In this document: positions 18,605 to 27,910 of the stretch, one piece after another | Position numbering within the stretch: the first letter of the stretch is position 1 | Layout: the number at the start of each line of letters is the position of its first letter | Assembly (NCBI GenBank): GCA_051251915.1 | Contig: JBPOGF010000011.1 | Location: 1-64,000 of the forward strand | DNA length: 64,000 nt | Direction of reading: 5' to 3' | Origin: Akkermansiaceae bacterium | GTDB lineage: Bacteria; Verrucomicrobiota; Verrucomicrobiia; Verrucomicrobiales; Akkermansiaceae | Position numbers and translations under genes: made by a program | Notes under the pieces: model-generated | What the model was told of the DNA's origin: nothing | The model's input: the letters and a program-made list of their open reading frames with translations, nothing else | Databases searched by the model: none

Positions 18605-21600
18605 ATGAAACCACTCAACTCCGTCCTCACATCGATGGCTCTGTTCGCCACAGCCCCAGCCATCCTCGCTGACACCACCATGTTAGTGCCTGTCACTCCA
18701 GCACTGTCACCAGATGGATCACTACTCGTTTTTTCATGGGAAAATGATCTCTGGACAGTATCATCAGACCCCGCAAATACCTCCCACGCAGAACGTCTGA
18801 CCATCCATCCAGGAAGAGAATACAACCCAGTATTCTCACCAGACGGCAAAACTATCTACTTCAACTCCGACCAAGAAGGCAGCTCTCAAGTCTTCTCCAT
18901 GCCGCTTGATAAATCATCACTCGCTAAGCAGCTCACCTTCCACTCCATCAGCAACCTTCTAGAAGACGTCACAGCCGATGGAAAAAACATCATTTACCGT
19001 AGCGCTCGAGATGTAGCAGGCAGAACCCCTTACCGCGCTTACCAAGCATCAGTTAATGCGAATAAGCCTGAGAAAATGCTCTTCGACACATACGCCCTCA
19101 GCACAAAAATTTCTCCAGATGGCAAGAAAATCCTCTTCACCCGCGAAGGCGCCGATGGCTACCGCACAGGATACTACGGACCACAAGCCAGCCAAATCTG
19201 GCTCTACGATAAAGCAACCAAGAAATTCACCCAACCAGTTGCAGACAACTACGGATGCCTTGCCCCACTATGGTTACCAGACGGCTCCGGCTTCTATTAC
19301 GTCAGTGGAAAAAGCGGCCACTTCAATCTCTACAAGCATGATTTCAAATCCTCCAAGAACACCCAACTCACCAACCACACAGATGGCAATGTCATGTTCC
19401 CTGTCATCTCAGAGGACGGCTCAACAATCATTTACAGACAACTCTTCCACTACTACAAACTCGATACCAAAACAACAACGAGTGAAAAACTTACCCTCAA
19501 GCACAACCTCTCACTCAACCCTAACATTCAAAAAGACACAGCATACAACAAAACCGACGATGCTGACTTTTCTCCATCTGGACTAGAAATCGCCTTCTCT
19601 GCCAATGGCAATATCTTCGCTATGGACACCATCCTCCGCGAACCCATCCAACTGACGGACACCCCAGAACACGAGTCTAACATCTACTTCGGCGACAAAG
19701 GCAGAGCCATCTATTACATCTTTGATGACGGCATCGAAACCTCCATCAACAAAATCACCAAATCAGACCCAAGTAAATACTGGTGGGAAACTGACTCACT
19801 CAATACAACCAAAATTATCGCCCCTGCCGGCACAGTCATCGAGTCCTTCTCCCCAAGCCCCGATGAGAAACTCCTCGGCTACACGACCTCAGATGGTAGA
19901 TTCTTCATCTATAACCTCAAGACCAAGAAAAGCCGCCTCGTAGCACACTCCTGGAGCACCCCTTCTTTTAACTGGTCACCTAACTCAGAGTGGATCACCT
20001 ACTCACTACAGAACAACAACTTCAACAGCGACATCTACATCGCCCCTGCCGACGGGTCACAAGCCCCAGTCAATGTCACCAAGCACCCAGACAATGAATT
20101 CGCCCCATCCTTCTCACCAGACGGAAAGAAATTAGCATTCATCGGAAAACGCCATAGCACCAGCTATGACCTCTACTACGTAAACCTCATGCCCACAGGC
20201 TCTGAGAAAACAGCCCGTGACAAGAAGATAGAAATGGCAAAAAACGCCATGAAGAAAGACCCTGCCTACGCCACTCCTTCAGCAAAATTAAAATCAGTCA
20301 TCAAAAAACTTACCCCTGGAAACTCAGAACCTGAAACACCAGCAGAGCCTAAGAAAGCTGCCCCTAAAAAGGATCCCAAAGCAGCCCCAAAGAAATCCCA
20401 AAAATCAGATCCTAAATCAGATCCTAAATCAGATCCTAAATCAGATCCTAAATCATCTCCTAAATCATCTCCTAAATCATCTCCTAAAAACGAGCCCAAA
20501 GGTGACCCTAAAAAAGTCAAACCTGCTCCCGCTCCCAAGAAAAAGACCCAGCCCAAGGCAGACCCCACTCCTCCCACAGAGCCTACACCCACTCCAGTAG
20601 ACCCTATTCCAGACCCAACCAAGGCTGACAAATCAGAACCTGCCGCAAACTCGAACTCTGAACCTCAAGTCAAAGCAAAATCTAAACCAACACCTAAGCC
20701 TAAGCCTAAGCCTGAACCGAAGCAAGAACCAGCCGCTAAAGAAAAGTCTAAGGCCAAATCAAAATCTAAACCAAAAGCAAAATCAAAAGCTGACTCCACC
20801 CCAGAGTCTAAATTCAAGCTCAACTACGACCTCACCAACATCCAGAAACGCATCCAACACATCCCACTCAGCGGCACATTACCCAGCCAAGTCTTCTGGA
20901 AGCATGACTCCAAAGCCGTCCTCATCCAGAGCAAAAAATCAAAAACCACCTACGCCTACGACCTCAGTAGCAAACGCCCAGCTAAATACCTCGAAGCCAC
21001 AGGCACCCCTATCCGCTACGACAGCAAAGGCAACCTCTTCTGGATCTCTTCAGGCGTCCCTGGCATCATCAAAAGCGGAAAACCAATCAACTACACCTTC
21101 GTAGCTCAGACTAAATTCGACCGCATCCAGCACCAACGCTACAAGTTCAGACTCATCTGGAGAACCATCCGAGATGGCTTCTACGACGAGAACCTAAACG
21201 GCACCAACTGGGATGACACCCTCACCAAATACGAAGAAGCCGCCACCCTCGCTGAAAGCAATCAATCATTCGACCGCATCGTCTCCATGCTCCTCGGCGA
21301 ACTCAACGCCTCACACACTGGCTACAGAAGTAGCAGCACCGGCGGCTGGAGAAAGAAAGCCCCATGGAGAGAAGAAACACTCCACCTCGGCATCAAGCAC
21401 ACAGCTAAGAGAAAAGGCTGGCTCATCACCAAGATCCTCACCAACTCCCCAGCTGATGGTGAACTCTCTAAACTCGAAGTAGGAGAAATCATCACCCACA
21501 TCAACGGCACAAAAGTGAACCACAAGACACTCCAAAAAGACGTCCTCTGGGGGCAACTAAAAAATTCACTCCAACTCCAAGTCCTCAACAAAAAAGGAGA

Positions 21601-22363
21601 CAAGCGGAGCGTCAGCCTCACCCCCATCAGCTATCCTGCATCTCGCTCGTTAGTCGCAGCCGACCAAATCGCCCAAAACAAAGCCATGGTCGAAAAACTC
21701 TCCGACGGAAAGTTCGGCTACATCCACATCTCCAGCATGCTCTGGGAAGAATTCAAGAAATTCGAGCAACACCTCTACGAAAACGGCGCCGGCAAAGACG
21801 GTATCATTATCGACGTCCGTGACAACGGCGGCGGCTTCACCACAGACCACCTCCTCACCGCACTCACTCAGCCACGCCACGCCTACACCGTCCCTAGAAA
21901 CGGCGGACTTGGCTACCCTCAAGACAGATTCGTATACGCCACATGGGAGAAACCCATCGTCGTCCTCTGTAACCAGAACTCATTCTCTAACGCAGAAATC
22001 TTCTCCCACGCCATCAAGACCCTCAAACGAGGCAAGCTAGTAGGTGTCCCAACAGCAGGTGGAGTCATCTCCGCAGGCTCAGAAGACATCCTCAAAGAAG
22101 GCAGCCTCCGCATGCCATTCCGCGGCTGGTTCCTCAGCACTACCGGTGAAGACATGGAGCTAAATGGCGCCTCCCCAGAACCTGAGAACATCATCTGGAC
22201 CACCCCTGGTGAACTAGAAGCAGGCATCGACAAACAAATCGAAAAAGCCATCGAGGTACTAGCCGATGAAGTCGAAACCAACCAACAAACACCAATCACA
22301 CCAAAATACAGAAACCGCAGCCAGCTCAACAGCTCAGAAAGCCTCGAGCAAACTAAGAAATAA
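18605..22363 (+). CDS. Tricorn-like S41 family peptidase (PD40 propellers, PDZ, catalytic domain) with a Lys/Pro-rich insertion
   Basis: SPDG repeats, ELNASH, IIDVRDNGGG, SFSNAE, G..TAGGVI; start moved to ATG 18605. Confidence 0.92.
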   Translation: MKPLNSVLTSMALFATAPAILADTTMLVPVTPALSPDGSLLVFSWENDLWTVSSDPANTSHAERLTIHPGREYNPVFSPDGKTIYFNSDQEGSSQVFSMPLDKSSLAKQLTFHSISNLLEDVTADGKNIIYRSARDVAGRTPYRAYQASVNANKPEKMLFDTYALSTKISPDGKKILFTREGADGYRTGYYGPQASQIWLYDKATKKFTQPVADNYGCLAPLWLPDGSGFYYVSGKSGHFNLYKHDFKSSKNTQLTNHTDGNVMFPVISEDGSTIIYRQLFHYYKLDTKTTTSEKLTLKHNLSLNPNIQKDTAYNKTDDADFSPSGLEIAFSANGNIFAMDTILREPIQLTDTPEHESNIYFGDKGRAIYYIFDDGIETSINKITKSDPSKYWWETDSLNTTKIIAPAGTVIESFSPSPDEKLLGYTTSDGRFFIYNLKTKKSRLVAHSWSTPSFNWSPNSEWITYSLQNNNFNSDIYIAPADGSQAPVNVTKHPDNEFAPSFSPDGKKLAFIGKRHSTSYDLYYVNLMPTGSEKTARDKKIEMAKNAMKKDPAYATPSAKLKSVIKKLTPGNSEPETPAEPKKAAPKKDPKAAPKKSQKSDPKSDPKSDPKSDPKSSPKSSPKSSPKNEPKGDPKKVKPAPAPKKKTQPKADPTPPTEPTPTPVDPIPDPTKADKSEPAANSNSEPQVKAKSKPTPKPKPKPEPKQEPAAKEKSKAKSKSKPKAKSKADSTPESKFKLNYDLTNIQKRIQHIPLSGTLPSQVFWKHDSKAVLIQSKKSKTTYAYDLSSKRPAKYLEATGTPIRYDSKGNLFWISSGVPGIIKSGKPINYTFVAQTKFDRIQHQRYKFRLIWRTIRDGFYDENLNGTNWDDTLTKYEEAATLAESNQSFDRIVSMLLGELNASHTGYRSSSTGGWRKKAPWREETLHLGIKHTAKRKGWLITKILTNSPADGELSKLEVGEIITHINGTKVNHKTLQKDVLWGQLKNSLQLQVLNKKGDKRSVSLTPISYPASRSLVAADQIAQNKAMVEKLSDGKFGYIHISSMLWEEFKKFEQHLYENGAGKDGIIIDVRDNGGGFTTDHLLTALTQPRHAYTVPRNGGLGYPQDRFVYATWEKPIVVLCNQNSFSNAEIFSHAIKTLKRGKLVGVPTAGGVISAGSEDILKEGSLRMPFRGWFLSTTGEDMELNGASPEPENIIWTTPGELEAGIDKQIEKAIEVLADEVETNQQTPITPKYRNRSQLNSSESLEQTKK
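20402..20488 (+). repeat. 12-bp in-frame tandem repeat (AAATCAGATCCT)x4 + (AAATCATCTCCT)x3
   Basis: Read directly; encodes (KSDP)4(KSSP)3. Confidence 0.95.
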
Positions 22364-22387
22364 TGGTTGAGGATCGTATATCAACAT

Positions 22388-22867
22388 ATGAACTACATGT
22401 TACTACGCATTACTCTGACTTGCCTTGCAGTAGTTCAGCCCCTCCCAGCAGAAGCAGAGGACACCTCCTTCATCCCTGATCCCAAACCACTAGAAAACCA
22501 AGCCCCGAAAGCAAAAAACAAAGCCCTCCCCACCCCACCGATTGCTCTCACCCACGAAACCGGACTAGCACTTTTTCTACTCCTCCCAGAAAAAGTGCTC
22601 CCACTCAGCGACGAACTCCGCACAAGAGCCGTTGAAAAAGAGGAAATCAAATCCATCACCCGCGATAAACAAACCATCGTCCTCTGGAACCCATTACTAG
22701 GCACCAGCAGCACCGAGATGAAATGCATCGCCTACACCACCGATCAAGAACCCGTCCTAGAAATAATCTACCGCTGGGACAACCCCGGACTCATTTCTAA
22801 GTCCCACACCAGCACCTACCACCTAACCCGTAAACCCAACGGCTGGCTCCTCAAACTCGTGAAATAA
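22388..22867 (+). CDS. Hypothetical exported protein
   Basis: Signal-peptide-like N-terminus; codon style matches neighbours. Confidence 0.65.
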   Translation: MNYMLLRITLTCLAVVQPLPAEAEDTSFIPDPKPLENQAPKAKNKALPTPPIALTHETGLALFLLLPEKVLPLSDELRTRAVEKEEIKSITRDKQTIVLWNPLLGTSSTEMKCIAYTTDQEPVLEIIYRWDNPGLISKSHTSTYHLTRKPNGWLLKLVK

Positions 22868-22921
22868 CCCATCCCAAGTTTTAAATTGTAGCTACTTTCA
22901 GATACGGCTAAATTCCCCCCC

Positions 22922-23926
22922 ATGAAGTATCTCCTCATATTCTGTTTCTACCTCATCACAAGCTGTAAAGACCCAGAACAAAAAACCTCCCCTACTACAA
23001 CTGAAACACCAGCCCCACGTCCATCACTTACAGAAAGCACACTTCATCACATTTTTGATGTAGGTCTCGCACATTTTCTAGAACGACAACTAGATGGATT
23101 TGAGCTAAAAGCAGCCATCATAAACCATTTTCACTCCCTTCTATTCTACTACAACAAAGATACAGAACAGGTATGTTTTTATTTGGATGAAAATCTAATA
23201 TACTTAGATAGGAAAAATACAATATTTCAAGTCAACGGTAAAAACATCCCCAACCAAATCGTATATTATATACCTGATAAAGAAAGAATACTCATTCCTA
23301 TAGACTTCAGCGAAATGACTGAGGATCAACGCAAAAACTTTAAACCACCAGGAATGAAATTAGCATACGGCTTCAAACTAAAACAAACCGACTCCTTCAA
23401 CTTCTCCATCTCCCTTACCAACCAGCGGGACAAACACCAAGACGTCAAAGTCTCCTACGACCCCAATAAAGGATGGAACAGCAGTGCCTCAGAAATCAAA
23501 AATGAGCACAACCTCATTGAAGCCAATGTCTTTTGCTTCGGAAAAGAAAAAGTCATCGACCAAATGAAGCGCATCAACAAAGACGCCGAAACCTGCATCA
23601 TCAGAACCAAAACATTCCCATATCAACAATACACCATCCCCCTCACTTTTGATAGCGACTACGATAAACTAAACACCTACCCCATAGAAATAGAAATCAA
23701 GCAGGACAAAATGCTCATCAACGGAGAAGAATCAACATTTTATAAACTCAAGGTCATTCTAAAGGAAAAATTAAACCCTTTATCTCCCATCCACATCCGC
23801 TTCACACTATCAGACACCAGCCATGAACAAACCGTCAGAGACCTATTCGCACACCTAACAGTCCACCATCTCCCCCACAATTCATCCTCCCCCCCAGAAG
23901 CAAAATGCTTCATCGGCTTCAAATAA
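22922..23926 (+). CDS. Hypothetical lipoprotein, weakly ExbD-like C-terminus
   Basis: Lipobox LITSC; C-terminal IEIEIKQDKMLINGE segment. Confidence 0.6.
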   Translation: MKYLLIFCFYLITSCKDPEQKTSPTTTETPAPRPSLTESTLHHIFDVGLAHFLERQLDGFELKAAIINHFHSLLFYYNKDTEQVCFYLDENLIYLDRKNTIFQVNGKNIPNQIVYYIPDKERILIPIDFSEMTEDQRKNFKPPGMKLAYGFKLKQTDSFNFSISLTNQRDKHQDVKVSYDPNKGWNSSASEIKNEHNLIEANVFCFGKEKVIDQMKRINKDAETCIIRTKTFPYQQYTIPLTFDSDYDKLNTYPIEIEIKQDKMLINGEESTFYKLKVILKEKLNPLSPIHIRFTLSDTSHEQTVRDLFAHLTVHHLPHNSSSPPEAKCFIGFK

Positions 23927-24090
23927 CCACCCAATCAAACCCTCAAAGCCAGAACAACGCTTGCGGCTCCCCGCTTCCCGCTCCCAGCCGAAGGCTACGC
24001 TCCCTCCCCCCAAGAGCACAAAAAAAACTGATACCACCAGAGTCGCCTCTAACAGTATCAGTCTTAAAAATTTCCTAGCTGAGCTACAAA

Positions 24091-25764
24091 CTACCTAGGA
24101 AGCGGAAACGCTCTATTAAACGCAAAAACCTCTTCCTGAATCTCAGCCAACTTCGCATCATCAGCCCTGTTCTCTAGCGCCGCATGAATAAAGTCTGCCA
24201 CCTGCTCGATGTCTGCCTCCTTCATCCCACGAGTCGTAACAGCAGGAGTTCCTAAACGAATCCCACTTGGCTTAAACGGCCCAGCAGTATCAAACGGAAT
24301 CGAGTTCTTATTGATCGTGATCCCCACCTTATCAAGCGCATCAGAAGCAATCGCTCCGTCCATACCATTCGGTCTCAGATCCACCAACATCAAGTGATTA
24401 TCAGTGCCTCCAGAAACAATGCTATAACCATGCTTCGTAAGCCTAGCCGCCATCGCCTGCGCATTCTTCACAACCTGCTCAGAATACCCCTTAAACTCAG
24501 GCTTAAGCGCCTCACCAAAGCAAACCGCCTTAGCCGCGATCACATGCATCAACGGCCCACCCTGAATCCCAGGGAACACAGTAGAATCAATCTTCTTAGC
24601 ATGCTCAGCCTTACACAAAATAATACCACCACGCGGTCCACGAAGTGATTTATGCGTTGTAGAAGTCACAAAGTCAGCATGCGGAACTGGATTCGGATGC
24701 ACACCAGCTGCCACCAACCCAGCAATGTGAGCCATGTCCACAAATAGATACGCACCCACCTTCTTAGCAATCTGCCCCATACGCTCGAAATCAATCTCAC
24801 GCGGATAAGCACTCGCACCAGTTGTGATCAATGCCGGCTTCAACTCCTCAGCCACCTTCTCAAGAGCATCGTAATCAATACGCATATCTTCCTCGCTCAC
24901 ACCATAGTGAGTCACCTCGTAAAATTTACCAGAAAAGTTAGCCTTATGCCCATGAGTCAAATGCCCACCATGTGCCAGATCCATTGTCAAAATCTTATCA
25001 CCCGGCTTCAACACTGAAAAGTAAACCGCAGTATTTGCCTGTGATCCTGAGTGAGGCTGCACATTCGCATGATCCGCACCAAACAGCTCCTTCAACCTAT
25101 CAATCGCAATCTGCTCCGCCACATCCACATGCTCACAACCACCATACCAACGTCTGCCAGGATACCCCTCAGCATACTTATTAGTAAGCAAGCTCCCCTG
25201 AGCCTCCATCACAGCAGGACTAGTGAAATTCTCAGATGCAATCAACTCAATGTGACTACGCTGTCTCCCTCCCTCAGCAGATACCGCAGCAAAAACCTCA
25301 GGATCAACCTTAGCTAGTGCACTACCAGAAGCCTTCAGCAATCTAGCCTCATGTCTCCCACCTTCAAATTCAGTATGCAAAAACGCATCCACAAGTGCCG
25401 GCATATCCGCCTCAGACACATGATTCTGCCCAAGACACAATACATTCGCATCATTATGCTCCCTAGCTATCTTAGCCTCTTCCTCAGTGCGAACCCCAAC
25501 TGCTCGAATCCCAACATAACGACCAGCCGCAATACAAACGCCCACACCAGAAGTGCAAACCAGTATCCCAGCATCATACTGCCCATTAGCAACCTCAATC
25601 GCTACAGCATTTGCGTAATCTGCATAATCCACGGAATCCGTAGAGTTAGTGCCATAATCAGTCACCTCATGACCTTGTTCTTTAAGATATTTAACAATCG
25701 AATCCTTCAGTTGAACGCCGCCATGATCGGCCCCTAATGCTATACGGTAAGTTGAGTCACTCAT
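24091..25764 (-). CDS. glyA: Ribose-5-phosphate isomerase B - serine hydroxymethyltransferase fusion
   Basis: N-terminal [30 protein letters not shown] (RpiB), then [27 protein letters not shown] (GlyA) in one frame. Confidence 0.95.
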   Translation of the reverse strand: MSDSTYRIALGADHGGVQLKDSIVKYLKEQGHEVTDYGTNSTDSVDYADYANAVAIEVANGQYDAGILVCTSGVGVCIAAGRYVGIRAVGVRTEEEAKIAREHNDANVLCLGQNHVSEADMPALVDAFLHTEFEGGRHEARLLKASGSALAKVDPEVFAAVSAEGGRQRSHIELIASENFTSPAVMEAQGSLLTNKYAEGYPGRRWYGGCEHVDVAEQIAIDRLKELFGADHANVQPHSGSQANTAVYFSVLKPGDKILTMDLAHGGHLTHGHKANFSGKFYEVTHYGVSEEDMRIDYDALEKVAEELKPALITTGASAYPREIDFERMGQIAKKVGAYLFVDMAHIAGLVAAGVHPNPVPHADFVTSTTHKSLRGPRGGIILCKAEHAKKIDSTVFPGIQGGPLMHVIAAKAVCFGEALKPEFKGYSEQVVKNAQAMAARLTKHGYSIVSGGTDNHLMLVDLRPNGMDGAIASDALDKVGITINKNSIPFDTAGPFKPSGIRLGTPAVTTRGMKEADIEQVADFIHAALENRADDAKLAEIQEEVFAFNRAFPLPR

Positions 25765-25962
25765 AATTTGTCCACTCCACATGCCACGCCCCCACAAAAT
25801 AGTCAACCGCCAAACACCCCCTCAACCCCACAAATCATGACATCCAATTACCCCCTCTCCCCATGAGCCAATTCCAGATTAACTACTTCAACCCCACATA
25901 CATACTACCCCCCAATGATCACTCCCCTGTCAGCCTTACTAAATAACTCGCCAAACCATCAT

Positions 25963-26217
25963 CTACCTCAGATCCACCACACCGTCATCTGACAAAACTC
26001 CACAAGTCGGAATACGATCACGACTCATCACAAAGTCCCCCTCACCACCATTCAAAAAGAGATCAGCACTCTTACTACTATCATTCAAACCACTGCCCAA
26101 TGCCGGATAAATAAAATCCCACGCATCCCGACAAGCAACCTCACTAGAACACCCCACCACCAAAAATAATGGCAGGGTGAATATACAAATCTTTTTACTA
26201 CTAGTGAATAACTTCAT
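25963..26217 (-). pseudogene. Short lipoprotein-like ORF, probably a decayed gene
   Basis: Lipobox-like VVGC; coding-like sequence continues past the stop in broken frames. Confidence 0.35.
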
Positions 26218-26221
26218 CCAT

Positions 26222-27148
26222 CTAGCTCAACGCCTCAACAGCGGCATCCAAGCTCTCCACATCTTCCACGCAGATCACAGTCGCCTCTTTATTGATTCGC
26301 TTCATCATCCCAGCAATAAGCCTCCCAGGCCCTAGCTCGATAAACGTAGTATGCCCCTGAGCAATAAGTGCCTCAATACACTCCACCCACCGAACAGATC
26401 CAGTAACCTGCTTCTCCAAAGTCTCACGGATCTCATCAGCCCCAGCCACAATTTCACCTTTGAAATTACTAGCTACAGGGATACTAGCCTCGCTGATCTC
26501 TGTACCATGAAGCACACCAGCCAACTTATCCTGCGCAGTCTGCATCAACCGTGAATGATACGCACCAGCAACATTCAACTTCTTCGCTATCTTGATCCCT
26601 GCCGCCTTAGCTCCAGCCACAGCCTTATCCACTCCCTCTTCATTACCAGAAACAACAATCTGCCCCGGAGCATTAAAGTTAGCCACATCCACATCACACT
26701 CAGCCGCTAATGCCTCAACAGCTTCAGGTGTCCCACCGATCATTGCCGCCATTGCCCCCTTAGTCGCATCACAAGCCTCCTCCATGAACTGACCACGCAG
26801 CTCCACCACCTTAAGCCCATCAGCAAAAGAAAACGTCCCTGCAGCAGCATGCGCAGTAAACTCTCCAAGAGAAAGCCCAGCCGCCGCCACCGGCTCAAAA
26901 TCCGGAAGTCTCTCCCTCAGCGCAGCAAGACAAGCCAACCCATGCAGGTAAAGTGCAGGCTGACAACGTGAAGTCTTAGTAAGCTCGTCCTCAGGACCAT
27001 TAAACATAATCTCACTCAACGAAAACCCAAGCGCCTCATCCGCCTGAGCGAAAAGAGATTTCACCACGTCGTATTGTTCGACTAGATCTTTGCCCATGCC
27101 CACTTTTTGTGCGCCCTGTCCTGAGAATAAAATAACTGCGTTGCTCAT
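26222..27148 (-). CDS. fabD: Malonyl-CoA-ACP transacylase
   Basis: FSGQGAQ.VGMG, GLSLGE, VAGAYHS, ELGPG. Confidence 0.95.
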   Translation of the reverse strand: MSNAVILFSGQGAQKVGMGKDLVEQYDVVKSLFAQADEALGFSLSEIMFNGPEDELTKTSRCQPALYLHGLACLAALRERLPDFEPVAAAGLSLGEFTAHAAAGTFSFADGLKVVELRGQFMEEACDATKGAMAAMIGGTPEAVEALAAECDVDVANFNAPGQIVVSGNEEGVDKAVAGAKAAGIKIAKKLNVAGAYHSRLMQTAQDKLAGVLHGTEISEASIPVASNFKGEIVAGADEIRETLEKQVTGSVRWVECIEALIAQGHTTFIELGPGRLIAGMMKRINKEATVICVEDVESLDAAVEALS

Positions 27149-27283
27149 ATAGATGCATGCTAAACAGCAAGACATGACGAGGGGTAGAAAAAAATGAATA
27201 TTCATAGCAGTTTTTTCTTGCGTTTAATCTCATTTTACGCTTTTTTCCCCCCGCAGCCAAAAAGCTCGCAACACTTTCTAAGC

Positions 27284-27371
27284 GGAGGGGTGGCAGAGTG
27301 GTTTAATGCACCGGTCTTGAAAACCGACGTGGGGAGACTCACCGTGAGTTCGAATCTCACCCCCTCTGCCA
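27284..27371 (+). tRNA. tRNA-Ser(TGA)
   Basis: GGAGGGG/CCCCTCT acceptor stem, anticodon loop CTTGAAA, long variable arm, GTTCGAATC, GCCA end. Confidence 0.96.
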
Positions 27372-27664
27372 TTTATTTTAAAAAGCCTTTAGGTCTAAAC
27401 CACCTAAAGGCTTTTTTGTGCCCTAAACCCAAGGTGAGATGAGAACGCAGTTTGAATGCCCCGATCTTATAAGCAAAGCGAATCAGATAAACTCCCCTCC
27501 CATGCCGACGGAGGAGGAGGCATGCATACCAGCAAAGCCTGTAGCGGAGCGAAGGCAATCTCACCTCCTCTGCCATTTATTTTAAAAAGCCTTTAGGTCT
27601 AAACCACCTAAAGGCTTTTTTGTGCCCTAACCCCAAGGTGAGATGAGAACGCAGTTTGAATGCC
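27353..27664 (+). repeat. 108-bp direct repeat (27353-27460 and 27557-27664) containing the tRNA-Ser 3' end and terminator
   Basis: The two copies differ at 2 positions; period 204 bp. Confidence 0.95.
27380..27417 (+). terminator. Intrinsic terminator after tRNA-Ser (repeated at 27584-27621)
   Basis: AAAAAGCCTTTAGG...CCTAAAGGCTTTTTT. Confidence 0.8.
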
Positions 27665-27910
27665 TCCCACCAGATACACCGTGTAGTTGATGTCATCATT
27701 ATAGCATCGCTACCTCTAACTTCCTATTTCCCTTAAGCATCTTTTTTAATGCAAGATCCATGAAACGCATTCATTATTTACTAACTGTATTGATAATTAA
27801 CTATCAAGTATTTGCATAAAACCAAGCTAAACCAGAGTAAACGGTCAATCCACCTTATCTGATTGCTACAGGAACGTTTTTTCATGTAAAAAGACATTAA
27901 AGTAACTATA

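Noticed and set aside
20402..20488. CRISPR array
   Set aside because: Contiguous in-frame 12-mers without spacers; no cas genes or repeat-spacer arrays seen anywhere in the window.
27036..27576. ORFs 27036-27260, 27194-27442 and 27373-27576
   Set aside because: They overlap fabD, tRNA-Ser and the repeat and show no protein features.
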